Positions 1-10,731 of a DNA stretch of 48,687 bases are shown piece by piece. How positions within the stretch are numbered: the first letter of the stretch is position 1; the number at the start of each line of letters is the position of its first letter. Both the position numbers and the translations under genes were made by a program. The notes beneath the pieces are model-generated. The model saw only the letters and a list, made by a program, of their open reading frames with translations. It made no database searches and was not told the origin of the DNA. Source of the stretch: Eubacteriales bacterium (GTDB lineage: Bacteria > Bacillota > Clostridia > Oscillospirales > CAG-382); NCBI GenBank assembly GCA_045657245.1, contig JAZOSQ010000012.1:1-48687 (forward strand). The letters run 5' to 3'.

Positions 1-654
1 GGCATCAACTCGAAGATCGCGAAGAATATCTACGAATACCGCACAACCGTTTCAAAATTCAAGACCCGCTCCGAGCTTTTGAAGGTCAAGGGCATCGGTG
101 AAAAGGCATATAAGCAGTGTGTCGGCTTCCTTCGTGTTCCCGAAAGCCGTGAGGTTCTCGACAACACCTCCGTCCACCCCGAAAGCTATGAAGCGGCATA
201 TTCGCTTCTTTCGATTCTCGGATATACAAAAGACGACGTCAAAGAAAGAAAACTTTCCGAGCTCAAAACACGTCTTGAAGAAAAGGGAAAGACGAACGTT
301 GCGAAAGAACTTGGTATCGGTGTGCCCACGCTCGACGATATAATTTCCGAGCTTGAAAAACCCGGCCGCGACCCCCGTGACGAGCTTCCTCCCCAGATTT
401 TACGTACCGATGCGATGGATATTTCGTCGCTTAAGACGGGTATGGAATTTGTCGGCACAGTTCGTAACGTTGCAGACTTCGGTGCATTCGTCGATATCGG
501 TGTTCACCAAGACGGATTGGTTCATATTTCGAAGCTTAGCGATAAATTCGTAAAACGTGCAAGTGACGTTGTAAAGGTCGGCGATATCATAAAAGTCCGT
601 GTTATCGACGTTGACGTTGCAAAAAAACGTATTTCGCTTGAAAAAATACGCTAA
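1..654 (+). CDS. tex: Tex-family RNA-binding transcription accessory protein, 3' part (5' end lies outside the window)
   Basis: Frame is open from base 1 (GINSKIAKNIYEYR...LLKVKGIGEKAYKQCVGFLR). It contains the HhH-like segment, LDNTSVHPESY, KPGRDPR and a C-terminal S1 domain (GTVRNVADFGAFVDIGVHQDGLVHIS). Confidence 0.93.
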   Translation, partial: GINSKIAKNIYEYRTTVSKFKTRSELLKVKGIGEKAYKQCVGFLRVPESREVLDNTSVHPESYEAAYSLLSILGYTKDDVKERKLSELKTRLEEKGKTNVAKELGIGVPTLDDIISELEKPGRDPRDELPPQILRTDAMDISSLKTGMEFVGTVRNVADFGAFVDIGVHQDGLVHISKLSDKFVKRASDVVKVGDIIKVRVIDVDVAKKRISLEKIR

Positions 655-671
655 AAATATTAAAAACCCTA

Positions 672-700
672 TTGAAATCAGAAAAAAAGCGGTGTATAAT
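672..700 (+). promoter_or_regulatory. sigma-A promoter of gdhA
   Basis: TTGAAA (672-677), 17 bp spacer, TATAAT (695-700); RBS GAGGT at 722-726 before ATG 734. Confidence 0.75.
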
Positions 701-712
701 AATTCGTATTAA

Positions 713-2080
<1,368 letters not shown>

Positions 2081-2083
2081 GAT

Positions 2084-2233
2084 ATGGCGAAAAGAAAACC
2101 TATCAAAAGAAGACCTGTCAAACAGAGAAAACCCATAAAACTTATGTCAAAAGGCAAATCGGCGTTGCTGTTTTTTGCATCGCTTGCCGTTCTTATCGGC
2201 GCAATCGTTTTGCTTGTTTTGATGGAAAAATAG
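2084..2233 (+). CDS. small basic single-TM membrane protein (49 aa, not in the ORF track)
   Basis: ATG 3 nt after the gdhA stop. MAKRKPIKRRPVKQRKPIKLMSKGKSALLFFASLAVLIGAIVLLVLMEK* has a K/R-rich N-terminus and a hydrophobic helix. It lies upstream of the terminators. Confidence 0.6.
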   Translation: MAKRKPIKRRPVKQRKPIKLMSKGKSALLFFASLAVLIGAIVLLVLMEK

Positions 2234-2243
2234 ACGATAATTA

Positions 2244-2350
2244 TTCAGGGGACTCAATGAGTCCCCTGAACTTCTCAAAAACTTTTCAAAATAAAATGTT
2301 TTGAAACGAGAGCCCGAGAGAAAAACTTTTTCAAAAGTTTTTCTCTCGGT
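2244..2350. repeat. palindromic intergenic element (two hairpins)
   Basis: Perfect inverted repeat TTCAGGGGACTCA-A-TGAGTCCCCTGAA (2244-2270), then a second stem CCGAGAGAAAAACTTTT...AAAAGTTTTTCTCTCGG. Confidence 0.6.
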
Positions 2351-2370
2351 TTTTATTTCAGCAACAAAAC

Positions 2371-2397
2371 AAAAAAGGCGTCGATTGACGCCTTTTT
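2371..2397. terminator. bidirectional intrinsic terminator between the convergent gdhA and hom units
   Basis: AAAAAAGGCGTC-GATT-GACGCCTTTTT, with A/T tails on both sides. Confidence 0.8.
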
Positions 2398-2410
2398 ATA
2401 TTGGTTTGAA

Positions 2411-3463
2411 TTATTCAAAATATCTGTATTTTTTACCGTTCGGGAGGGTAATCATCTTCGAGGTATCTGCATTGATATCAAGAATGAAACCTTCTTCGCA
2501 ATCCTTACGTGCAACGGTCTTTGCTTTTCCGCTTATTGCACGTTCGATATCACCGCAAACAGCCGCCGCTGTGGGAAGACTGCCCGCGCCCTGACCGTAG
2601 AACACAACCTCACCAACAGCCGAACCCGTAACGCTGACAGCGTTGAACGCTTCTCTGATTGCGTGGAAAAGACTTGTGTTGCCGACAAGGTGGGGTGCAA
2701 CAAGAATCTTTGCCTTGTCGCCGACCTTTTCTGCAACAGCAACAAGACGGATAACACAGCCAAGCTGTTCTGCAAGAGCGATATCCTCGCTCGTTACATC
2801 TTCGATACCTTCAACGTAGGGAATGCTTTCGTAGGAAATGTATTTATCAAAAGCGATACCTGCAAGAATAGCAATCTTTCTTGCGGAGTCAAGACCTGCA
2901 ATGTCTGCGTGGGGGTCTGCTTCTGCATAACCAAGCTCTTGTGCGGACTTAAGCGCTTCTGCGAGGGATTTGCCTTCGCTTTGCATGTGGGTGAGGATAT
3001 AGTTGGTTGTACCGTTCAAGATACCTGCAACACGAACGATATCGTCAGCCATAAAGCAGGAATTGAGAGGCGCGATAATCGGAATACCGCCACCAACGCT
3101 CGCTTCATAAAGATAAACAACGCCTTTTTCTTCCGCGATGCGTTCGAGCTCTGCGCCGAACTTGTCTACAACCGCCTTGTTCGAGGTAACAACGTTTTTA
3201 CCCGCTTCGAGCGCTGCGCGGCTGAACTTATAAGCAACACCGTCGCCACCCATCGTTTCAACAACGATACTTACGCTTTCGTCATTAAGAATTTTGTCGA
3301 AATCGGTGGTGACTCTGTCCCCAAGAGGATGTTCGGGGAACGAGCGAAGGTCGAGAATATATTTAATGTTGACGTCACACAACGGCTTCTTGTTGCAACG
3401 GCTTATTGCTTCATAAACACCGCCGCCGACAGTACCGAAACCGAGAATAGCTATATTTGTCAT
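2411..3463 (-). CDS. hom: homoserine dehydrogenase (short form, no obvious C-terminal ACT domain)
   Basis: IAILGFGTVGGGV, NVVTSNKA, YEASVGGGIPII, GILNGTTNYIL, LGYAEADP, YGQGAGSLPTA. Confidence 0.93.
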   Translation of the reverse strand: MTNIAILGFGTVGGGVYEAISRCNKKPLCDVNIKYILDLRSFPEHPLGDRVTTDFDKILNDESVSIVVETMGGDGVAYKFSRAALEAGKNVVTSNKAVVDKFGAELERIAEEKGVVYLYEASVGGGIPIIAPLNSCFMADDIVRVAGILNGTTNYILTHMQSEGKSLAEALKSAQELGYAEADPHADIAGLDSARKIAILAGIAFDKYISYESIPYVEGIEDVTSEDIALAEQLGCVIRLVAVAEKVGDKAKILVAPHLVGNTSLFHAIREAFNAVSVTGSAVGEVVFYGQGAGSLPTAAAVCGDIERAISGKAKTVARKDCEEGFILDINADTSKMITLPNGKKYRYFE

Positions 3464-3496
3464 AACGTTTCTTCTCCATTTTATAGTATCCTGTTG

Positions 3497-3525
3497 AGTT
3501 TAGCACAAAATCGGCAATATTTCAA
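3497..3525 (-). promoter_or_regulatory. sigma-A promoter of hom
   Basis: Minus strand TTGAAA, 17 bp spacer, TAAACT, with a TGn extension. Confidence 0.6.
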
Positions 3526-3555
3526 GAGTTTTATGGAATAAATATTCTCATATCC

Positions 3556-5919
3556 TTGATTTTTGACTTTGAATGGTGTAATATGTATTCGGATAATTTT
3601 AGATTGGAAGAGTATGCTTTGAAACACATATCGGTCGACAAAATACCTAATACGGTCTATAGATATTTCGAGCACGAAGGCATCGCATTCGATGAGGTGC
3701 TTCTTTCTCTGCGCAGTGATCTTCGTATTGACGGAAGCAGGGGAGATTGCTTTGTGCTTGTCCTCAAAGACCGTTTTGTGATTGCCGAAGGATATATTTC
3801 TTTTTCTTCCGAGGGCCGTAATGCCGACGGAACCGGTATTCGTAATGAGAATTTTGCTGTCACGAGGTTCGAAACAATACTTCTTTCCGATATTGGTGAA
3901 CCAAAAGCAGAACAGTTGATTTCTACGGGTAGAATCGTTTCGAAAATCAACGGTGAAGAAAAACTCATATATAACTTTTCTTCGACATATAAACATTCCG
4001 CTTCGGTCTTTTGCCGTGCGATTTCCGACTTGAAAAAGAAGGGAACGCTTGACGAGGAGATTTATTCCGAGGAGGATTATAAAAAACATTCCTGCCCGAA
4101 ATGTCACAGAAGATATCCCGACGAGGAATTGAAGATTTGCCCTCATTGTATGGATAAAGCAAGTCTTGTCAAACGGCTTTCGGCATTGTTTTTCAGATAT
4201 AAACGCTCGATATTCCTCATTCTCTTTTCGTTTGGGCTTATTGCGGCGCTCGGTGTTTTGACACCTTACGTCAGCAACGAGCTTCTCTATGACAACGTGC
4301 TCGGCAACTCCGATTCGACGTCGATTGACGTTTTGAAAATCGTGTTGTTTATAATCGGAATCCGTCTTTGTATGCTTGTTGTGAATCTTATTTCAAATGC
4401 AATAAGCGCAACCGTCGCTGCTGACGTGACTTACGATTTGAAAAAGATGATATTCAATACGATAAGCAATCTTTCGCTCGGCTTTTTCACAAACCGTCAA
4501 ACAGGCGGTCTTATGACACAGGTAAACCGTGACAGTATAACGCTTTATTGGTTCTTCTGCGACGGGTTCCCATTCCTTGTTTTGAACCTTATTCAGCTTA
4601 CGGTCATAGTTTGCGTTATGTTCAGCCAGAACTTCGTTTTGGCGCTTTATACCTTCATAACGATTCCGATTTTCTTCGGTACGTTCAAGCTTTTGAACAA
4701 CGTTTATGATAAATTCTATGCGAAGGCGTTTTCGAAGGGCAGATCCTTCAACTCGCTCGTTTCCGACGTTTTGAACGGTATGCGCGTCGTAAAATCCTTC
4801 TCCCGTGAGGACGAGGAGGTTCGACGCTTCGGCAAGATAAACGTTGCCGTTGCCGAGGCAAGAAACGATATTCAGGTTTTTTCTTCGAGAACCTTCCCGT
4901 TCCTTAATTATCTTCTCCGTGTCGGCTCTTACGTTGTTTGGGGTGTCGGCGGTTGGCAGGTTATGAACGCAACGGGGGATATGAGTTATGGTCGCTTGAT
5001 GGCGTTTATCGGTTATTTTGCATTGATTTTCGGGCCGATAGAAATGCTTGCAGACGTTTCGAACTGGTGGAGCGAAACGCTTAATGCGCTTCAGCGTCTT
5101 TTCGAAATTCGTGATGCGCAACCCGAAGTCAGAGAATCGGCAAACCCTGTAAAACCCGAAAAATGCGAAGGTTTCGTCGAATTCAAAAACGTTTCCTTCT
5201 CCTATGTTGAAAACCGAAAGGTTATCGATGACGTCAGCTTTTCGATCCCTGCGAACACAACGCTCGGCATCGTTGGTCAGACCGGAGCAGGCAAGAGTAC
5301 ACTTGCGAACCTGATGACACGTCTTTATGATGTGAAAGAGGGAAGTATTCTTATTGATGGGGTTAATATTAAAGACCTTCCCTTCGAATACCTTCGTGAG
5401 AATATAGCAATCGTTTCCCAAGAAACCTATCTTTTCCGTGGCAGTATTCTCGACAATATCCGTTATGCACGTCCGAACGCATCGAAGGATGACGTTATTG
5501 CGGCGGCGAAAGCGGCTTCTGCCCACGATTTCATCGTTAAATACCCCGACGGGTATAACACCCAGATTGGCTTTGGTCAAAAAGAGCTTTCGGGCGGTGA
5601 AAAACAGAGAATCTCAATCGCTCGTGCGATTTTGAGAAACCCGAAGATTTTGATACTCGACGAAGCAACCGCCGCGATGGATACCCAAACCGAGCGCAGT
5701 ATTCAAGAGTCGCTTGATAAACTCACAAAGAATCGCACAACGGTTATTATTGCTCACCGACTTTCGACCTTGCGCGATGCCGATAACCTTGTTGCAATCG
5801 AAAACGGACGCGTTGTCGAAAGCGGAACGGCGGTCGAGCTTTTGAAACAAAAAGGCGTTTATTATAAACTTTATAAACTCCAATCCGAAGCATTGAAAAC
5901 TGCGGGAATTGGTGAGTAA
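3556..5919 (+). CDS. ABC exporter (fused TMD+NBD) with a long N-terminal soluble extension and CxxC..CxxC Zn-ribbon; true start probably 3583 or 3619
   Basis: Walker A GQTGAGKST, signature LSGGEKQR, Walker B ILILDEATA, IAHRLST; six-TM region; CPKC...CPHC precedes the TMD. Confidence 0.9.
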   Translation: MIFDFEWCNMYSDNFRLEEYALKHISVDKIPNTVYRYFEHEGIAFDEVLLSLRSDLRIDGSRGDCFVLVLKDRFVIAEGYISFSSEGRNADGTGIRNENFAVTRFETILLSDIGEPKAEQLISTGRIVSKINGEEKLIYNFSSTYKHSASVFCRAISDLKKKGTLDEEIYSEEDYKKHSCPKCHRRYPDEELKICPHCMDKASLVKRLSALFFRYKRSIFLILFSFGLIAALGVLTPYVSNELLYDNVLGNSDSTSIDVLKIVLFIIGIRLCMLVVNLISNAISATVAADVTYDLKKMIFNTISNLSLGFFTNRQTGGLMTQVNRDSITLYWFFCDGFPFLVLNLIQLTVIVCVMFSQNFVLALYTFITIPIFFGTFKLLNNVYDKFYAKAFSKGRSFNSLVSDVLNGMRVVKSFSREDEEVRRFGKINVAVAEARNDIQVFSSRTFPFLNYLLRVGSYVVWGVGGWQVMNATGDMSYGRLMAFIGYFALIFGPIEMLADVSNWWSETLNALQRLFEIRDAQPEVRESANPVKPEKCEGFVEFKNVSFSYVENRKVIDDVSFSIPANTTLGIVGQTGAGKSTLANLMTRLYDVKEGSILIDGVNIKDLPFEYLRENIAIVSQETYLFRGSILDNIRYARPNASKDDVIAAAKAASAHDFIVKYPDGYNTQIGFGQKELSGGEKQRISIARAILRNPKILILDEATAAMDTQTERSIQESLDKLTKNRTTVIIAHRLSTLRDADNLVAIENGRVVESGTAVELLKQKGVYYKLYKLQSEALKTAGIGE

Positions 5920-5964
5920 AAAAACATTTACCTTATGTTTGTGAGATAAGGAAATAAACAGAAA

Positions 5965-6116
5965 TGTAGGGACAGGCGTCCTCGACTGTCCGTTGCATAA
6001 AATCTCGTTGTTTCAAATGTCTGTGTTATATACTTCAAAGATTTTTTCAAACAACAAAACCAACAAGTTTTTCATAAATCGAGGGAAACGGACCGTCGGG
6101 GACGCCGGTCCCTACA
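5965..6116. repeat. GTAG-type REP doublet (REPIN-like)
   Basis: TGTAGGGACAGGCGTCCTCGACTGTCCG (5965-5992) and its inverted copy CGGACCGTCGGGGACGCCGGTCCCTACA (6089-6116), 3 mismatches in 28 nt; each copy is internally palindromic. Confidence 0.75.
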
Positions 6117-6204
6117 ATGTATGCAACAAATTTTTACGTTTCGCGGGAATGGCGTGGAAATTATAACCCAACCTACACCGTGAAGATGAAAGAAGATAAA
6201 TGTT

Positions 6205-6762
6205 ATGAACGAAAATTTTCTTGATATGGCGGAAGTTACCTATCTAACTCCCGAAAATTCACGTTTTTATCTTACAAAAAACGGGTTCCCTGCGCTTGAG
6301 GCGGTGTTGCCGAAGTTCGGTGACGACCTCGAGGAAGAAGACAAAACCCCGATAAAACAGGATTTCGGCAGGGTGTATTTCCACCGTTGCTTCCCGTTTG
6401 AAAGCCCCGATGAATATATCTCGGTCCTCAACGGCGACGGCAGGGAATATGCGATGATAAGAAAACTGTCTGACCTTCCCGAAGAAGCTCAAAACATCAT
6501 AAAAACCGAGCTCGACAGAAAATATTTCTGTCCCACGATCGAGAAGATATATACGCTCAAAGAAAAACTCGACTATTCCTTCTGGGAAGTCAAGACAAGC
6601 TTGGGCGATATGAATTTCTCGATGCACGATACCTACCGTAATATCGCCCGTGTCGGCAACGGTATGTTGATTTTAACCGACGTTGACGGAAACCGTTTCC
6701 GTATTGAAGACGTTTCAAAACTCGACAGAAAGAGCTTTAAGAAGATAGAACTGTATTTGTAA
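6205..6762 (+). CDS. DUF1854-family protein
   Basis: RCFPFESPDEYISV, ELDRKYFCPTI, WEVKTSLG and LILTDVDGNRFRIEDVSKLDRKS match the DUF1854 pattern. Its stop overlaps the next ATG (TAATG). Confidence 0.8.
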   Translation: MNENFLDMAEVTYLTPENSRFYLTKNGFPALEAVLPKFGDDLEEEDKTPIKQDFGRVYFHRCFPFESPDEYISVLNGDGREYAMIRKLSDLPEEAQNIIKTELDRKYFCPTIEKIYTLKEKLDYSFWEVKTSLGDMNFSMHDTYRNIARVGNGMLILTDVDGNRFRIEDVSKLDRKSFKKIELYL

Positions 6763-8984
6763 TGAAGAAAAAAGCGAGTGAGCCGATTGCCTTGAAAACG
6801 CTCCGTGACGAGCTTAAGAAGGAACTTGGCACCGAAGAAAAAGTTTATATTTTCCCTTACGACCTTTCGTTTGACAACAAGAAGGCCTTTGGTGTTTGCG
6901 CTCTTTTTGACGGAAAGCTCTATTTCAGAGAGGAAAACAAAAGCGAAACGAAGATATTCGAGCTCTCAACCCTCGGAGAAATTCGCTTTGTTCAGAACTG
7001 GGGTTGCGTTTCTATCGAATCGAGCGACGAAAACGGCGATATCGAGCTTTGCCGTGCCGAAATGTCGCTCTGTCAGATATTCCGTAACGCCGTTAAAAAG
7101 CTTGAAGCGGCAAGAAACGGCGAGGATATCCCCGAACCGAAGCTTAATAAATGTCCAAAATGCGGTAAACCTTTTAAGAGAGGTATGACCTCTTGCCTTG
7201 ACTGTACAGACAAGAAAAAGCTTTTCAGACGCCTCGTGCCGTACCTTAAACCGCATATAAAAACCTTGTTACTTGCAGGATTGTTCCTGATTATGATATC
7301 GGGTATAAGCGTTGTGCTCCCGATGATAAATAAGTCGATAATCAACGATTATATCGCTTCTTCGACACCCGCGGAAGACAAAAGCGGGTTCGTCTGGCTT
7401 GTAATTTCGATGGCACTGCTCGGTCTGCTTTCCGCCGTTTGTGCGATGGGCAGAGGGCTTTGCATCGCAAAATCGGGCAAAGGTATGCTTGTGAAACTCC
7501 GCGAAGACGTTTATGGGAAACTCCAAACACTTTCGTTGACGGGGTTGACAAGACGAAGCGCAGGTGAATTGATGCACCGTGTTTCCGAGGACACAAACGA
7601 GATTCGTGATTTCATAATCTGGCTTGTGCCGAGTCTTCTCCAACAGGGCTTGACGCTTGGTACTGTTGCGGTTTTCCTGTTTGCGTTTAACTGGAAATTA
7701 ACTTTAATAGTCATAATCCCGATTCCGTTACTTGCGGTGTTGTTCAGAGTGCTTCATAAGTTCACTCATAAGATATACCGCCGTCAATGGCAAATGGAAA
7801 GCGACGCAGGTACGCTTATGCACGACGTTTTTTCGGGTATGCGTGTTGTCAAGACCTACGGCACCGAAAAGCACGAAGAAGCTCGTTTTGACGTTGCGGC
7901 AAAGCGTATTGCCGATATATCCAAGAAAAACGAACGCACCTGGAACCTCATAATGCCGTTTGCATCGTTTTTGTTGAGCTTCGGTGAGTTTGCCGTGCTG
8001 TTCTTCCTTGGTTGCGAGCTTGTCGGTGACCCGTCGTTTATCGTTTCGGGACAGTCGAATTTCGCGCTCGGTGATTTGATGCAGTTTACGGCATACGTTG
8101 GGCTTATGTACGAGCCGATACGTTGGATGTCGGGTGTGCCTCGCCGTATCGCAAGAGCAACGACGTCACTCGCAAAGATTGTCGAGCTTATCGACGAAGA
8201 AGACGAAATGAAAAACGTCGGCGATTCTTTGGACGGACTCCGCGGCGATATCGAGTTCAAAAACGCTTCGTTTGCATATGAAAACGGAGATAACGTTTTG
8301 AAAAATATAAATCTTAAGATCAACAAGGGCGAAATGGTCGGACTTGTCGGACGAAGCGGTGTCGGTAAGACTACCGCTGCAAACCTCGTGTTGCGGCTTT
8401 ATGACCTGACCGAAGGAAGCTTGACGGTCGACGGAAAAGACGTGAAAGAAATCGACCAATATACCTACCGTTCGAAAATCGGCGTTGTTCTTCAGGAAAC
8501 CTTCCTTTTCAACGGTACGATATATTCAAACATCGCCTATGGCAAACCCGATGCAACACGCGAAGAGGTTATACGTGCGGCAAAGCTTGCCAACGCTCAC
8601 GAATTTATAATGAAACAGCCCGACGGGTATAACACCTATGTCGGCGATAAGGGAAGTACGCTTTCGGGCGGCGAAAGACAGAGAATCGCTATTGCCCGTG
8701 CGATATTGCGTAACCCGAGCATATTGATTCTCGACGAGGCGACGAGCTCGCTCGATACCGAAACCGAGAAGCAGATTCAAGAAGCAATTGCAAGATTCTC
8801 GGGCGGCCGAACTACAATTGCGATTGCACACAGATTGTCAACGTTGCGTAATTCCGATAAGATCGTTGTTTTCGAAAAGGGCAGAATCGAAGAAGTCGGC
8901 TCCCACGACGAGCTTATGCAAAACAAAAACCGCTATTACCGTCTTGTTATGGCACAGAAAAAAGTCAATAAGATGAATAAATAA
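6762..8984 (+). CDS. ABC exporter (fused TMD+NBD) with N-terminal extension and Zn-ribbon; paralog of 3556-5919
   Basis: GRSGVGKTT, LSGGERQR, ILILDEATS, IAHRLST; CPKC...CLDC precedes the TMD. Confidence 0.9.
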   Translation: MKKKASEPIALKTLRDELKKELGTEEKVYIFPYDLSFDNKKAFGVCALFDGKLYFREENKSETKIFELSTLGEIRFVQNWGCVSIESSDENGDIELCRAEMSLCQIFRNAVKKLEAARNGEDIPEPKLNKCPKCGKPFKRGMTSCLDCTDKKKLFRRLVPYLKPHIKTLLLAGLFLIMISGISVVLPMINKSIINDYIASSTPAEDKSGFVWLVISMALLGLLSAVCAMGRGLCIAKSGKGMLVKLREDVYGKLQTLSLTGLTRRSAGELMHRVSEDTNEIRDFIIWLVPSLLQQGLTLGTVAVFLFAFNWKLTLIVIIPIPLLAVLFRVLHKFTHKIYRRQWQMESDAGTLMHDVFSGMRVVKTYGTEKHEEARFDVAAKRIADISKKNERTWNLIMPFASFLLSFGEFAVLFFLGCELVGDPSFIVSGQSNFALGDLMQFTAYVGLMYEPIRWMSGVPRRIARATTSLAKIVELIDEEDEMKNVGDSLDGLRGDIEFKNASFAYENGDNVLKNINLKINKGEMVGLVGRSGVGKTTAANLVLRLYDLTEGSLTVDGKDVKEIDQYTYRSKIGVVLQETFLFNGTIYSNIAYGKPDATREEVIRAAKLANAHEFIMKQPDGYNTYVGDKGSTLSGGERQRIAIARAILRNPSILILDEATSSLDTETEKQIQEAIARFSGGRTTIAIAHRLSTLRNSDKIVVFEKGRIEEVGSHDELMQNKNRYYRLVMAQKKVNKMNK

Positions 8985-9011
8985 TATCATATAAATTTTA
9001 GGAGAAAAACA

Positions 9012-10418
9012 ATGAAAAACACCGAAAAGACAATGGAAAAACTCGTTGCGCTTTGCAAGGGCAGGGGCTTTATTTTCGCAGGTAGCGAAATTTATGGCGG
9101 CCTTGCGAACACTTGGGACTACGGCCCTCTCGGCGCAGAGCTCAAAAACAACATCAAACGTGCTTGGTGGAAAAAGTTCGTTCAGGAAAACCCCTATAAC
9201 GTCGGTCTTGACGCCGCAATACTTATGAACCCTCAAACTTGGGTTGCTTCGGGCCACCTTGGCGGATTTTCCGACCCGTTGATGGACTGTCGTGAATGTA
9301 AGGAACGTTTCCGCGCGGATAAGCTCATCGAAGATTTCTGTGCAGAAAACGGAGTTACTCTCGAAAAGCCCATCGACGCATTCTCTCAGGCAGAAATGAA
9401 GCAGTTCGTTGAAGATAACAATATTAAATGTCCCACTTGTGGCAAGCATAACTTCACCGATATCCGCCAATTCAACCTTATGTTCAAGACCTTCCAGGGT
9501 GTTACCGAAGACGCAAAGAACACGGTTTATCTCCGTCCCGAAACGGCACAGGGTATCTTTGTAAACTTTGCAAACGTTCAGCGTACGACCCGTAAGAAGC
9601 TCCCCTTCGGTATCGGTCAGATCGGTAAGAGCTTCCGTAACGAAATCACTCCCGGTAACTTCATCTTCCGCGTTCGTGAATTCGAACAGATGGAGCTTGA
9701 ATTCTTCTGCGAACCCGGCACCGACCTTGAATGGTTTGAATATTGGAGAGGTTTCTGCCGTGATTGGCTCCTCTCGCTCGGCATAAAAGAAGAAAACCTT
9801 CGTCTTCGTGACCACGACCCCGAAGAGCTTTGCTTCTATTCGAAGGCAACGACCGACCTCGAGTTCCTCTTCCCGTTCGGCTGGGGCGAACTTTGGGGTG
9901 TTGCAGACAGAACCGACTATGACCTTACCCAGCATCAGAACACTTCGGGTAATGATTTGACCTATTTCGATCAGGAAAAGAACGAAAGATATATTCCTTA
10001 CGTTATCGAACCTTCTCTTGGTGTTGAACGTTCGGTTCTTGCGTTCCTCGTTGACGCATACGACGAAGAAGATATCGGTAAAGACGGCAATTCCGACGTT
10101 CGTACCGTTCTTCACTTCCACCCCGCACTCGCACCCTTCAAGGCAGCGGTTCTTCCTCTTTCGAAGAAGCTTGGCGACAAGGCGCACGAGCTTGCAAACG
10201 AGCTTTGCAAATATTTCCCCGTTGACTATGACGAAGCAGGTTCGATCGGTAAGCGTTACCGCCGTGAAGATGAAATCGGTACACCTTTCTGTATCACCTA
10301 TGACTTCGATTCGCTCGAAGATAACTGCGTAACCATTCGTGACCGTGATACTATGGAACAAGTAAGAATGCCTATTTCCGAAGTTAGAGCATACATCGAA
10401 GAAAAAATCAGATTCTAA
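9012..10418 (+). CDS. glyQS: glycine--tRNA ligase (alpha2 type)
   Basis: [76 protein letters not shown]; RBS AGGAG. Confidence 0.97.
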   Translation: MKNTEKTMEKLVALCKGRGFIFAGSEIYGGLANTWDYGPLGAELKNNIKRAWWKKFVQENPYNVGLDAAILMNPQTWVASGHLGGFSDPLMDCRECKERFRADKLIEDFCAENGVTLEKPIDAFSQAEMKQFVEDNNIKCPTCGKHNFTDIRQFNLMFKTFQGVTEDAKNTVYLRPETAQGIFVNFANVQRTTRKKLPFGIGQIGKSFRNEITPGNFIFRVREFEQMELEFFCEPGTDLEWFEYWRGFCRDWLLSLGIKEENLRLRDHDPEELCFYSKATTDLEFLFPFGWGELWGVADRTDYDLTQHQNTSGNDLTYFDQEKNERYIPYVIEPSLGVERSVLAFLVDAYDEEDIGKDGNSDVRTVLHFHPALAPFKAAVLPLSKKLGDKAHELANELCKYFPVDYDEAGSIGKRYRREDEIGTPFCITYDFDSLEDNCVTIRDRDTMEQVRMPISEVRAYIEEKIRF

Positions 10419-10419
10419 T

Positions 10420-10669
10420 TCGGACTTCGCTTTCGGGCAACAACGAAAAATCCGTTTTTTATCTTCGCGGTGTAGGTTAGAGATATTATTTCTCGTTATT
10501 TCCGCGCGGGAATTGGATTCCATAGGTAGAAATCCTTCGGATTTCATTATATCGGATTTTTCTATTGCACTTTTCGACTCCGGTAGTAGATTTCTACAAC
10601 CTGTCGTCGAAAATCGCAATTCTTGCCTCGAAACCGTGCGTCCGTCGGACTTCGCTTTCGGGCAACAAC
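10420..10669. repeat. 25-bp perfect direct repeat pair enclosing a long hairpin
   Basis: TCGGACTTCGCTTTCGGGCAACAAC at 10420-10444 and 10645-10669; imperfect stem-loop at ~10565-10620. Confidence 0.8.
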
Positions 10670-10731
10670 AAATAATAAGGTATTGTTTCGCGGGGCGAGG
10701 GTGAAAAATAAAATCCCCCTTCTCCGCGACA

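Noticed and set aside
2301-3541. Plus-strand ORFs of 97 and 292 aa
   Set aside because: They overlap terminators or lie antisense to hom; no supporting motifs.
10420-10669. Possible mini-CRISPR (25-bp repeats; GTAGATTTCTAC recalls Cas12a repeats)
   Set aside because: Only two copies 225 bp apart, the TTTCTAC/GTAGA order differs from the Cas12a repeat, and there are no cas genes.
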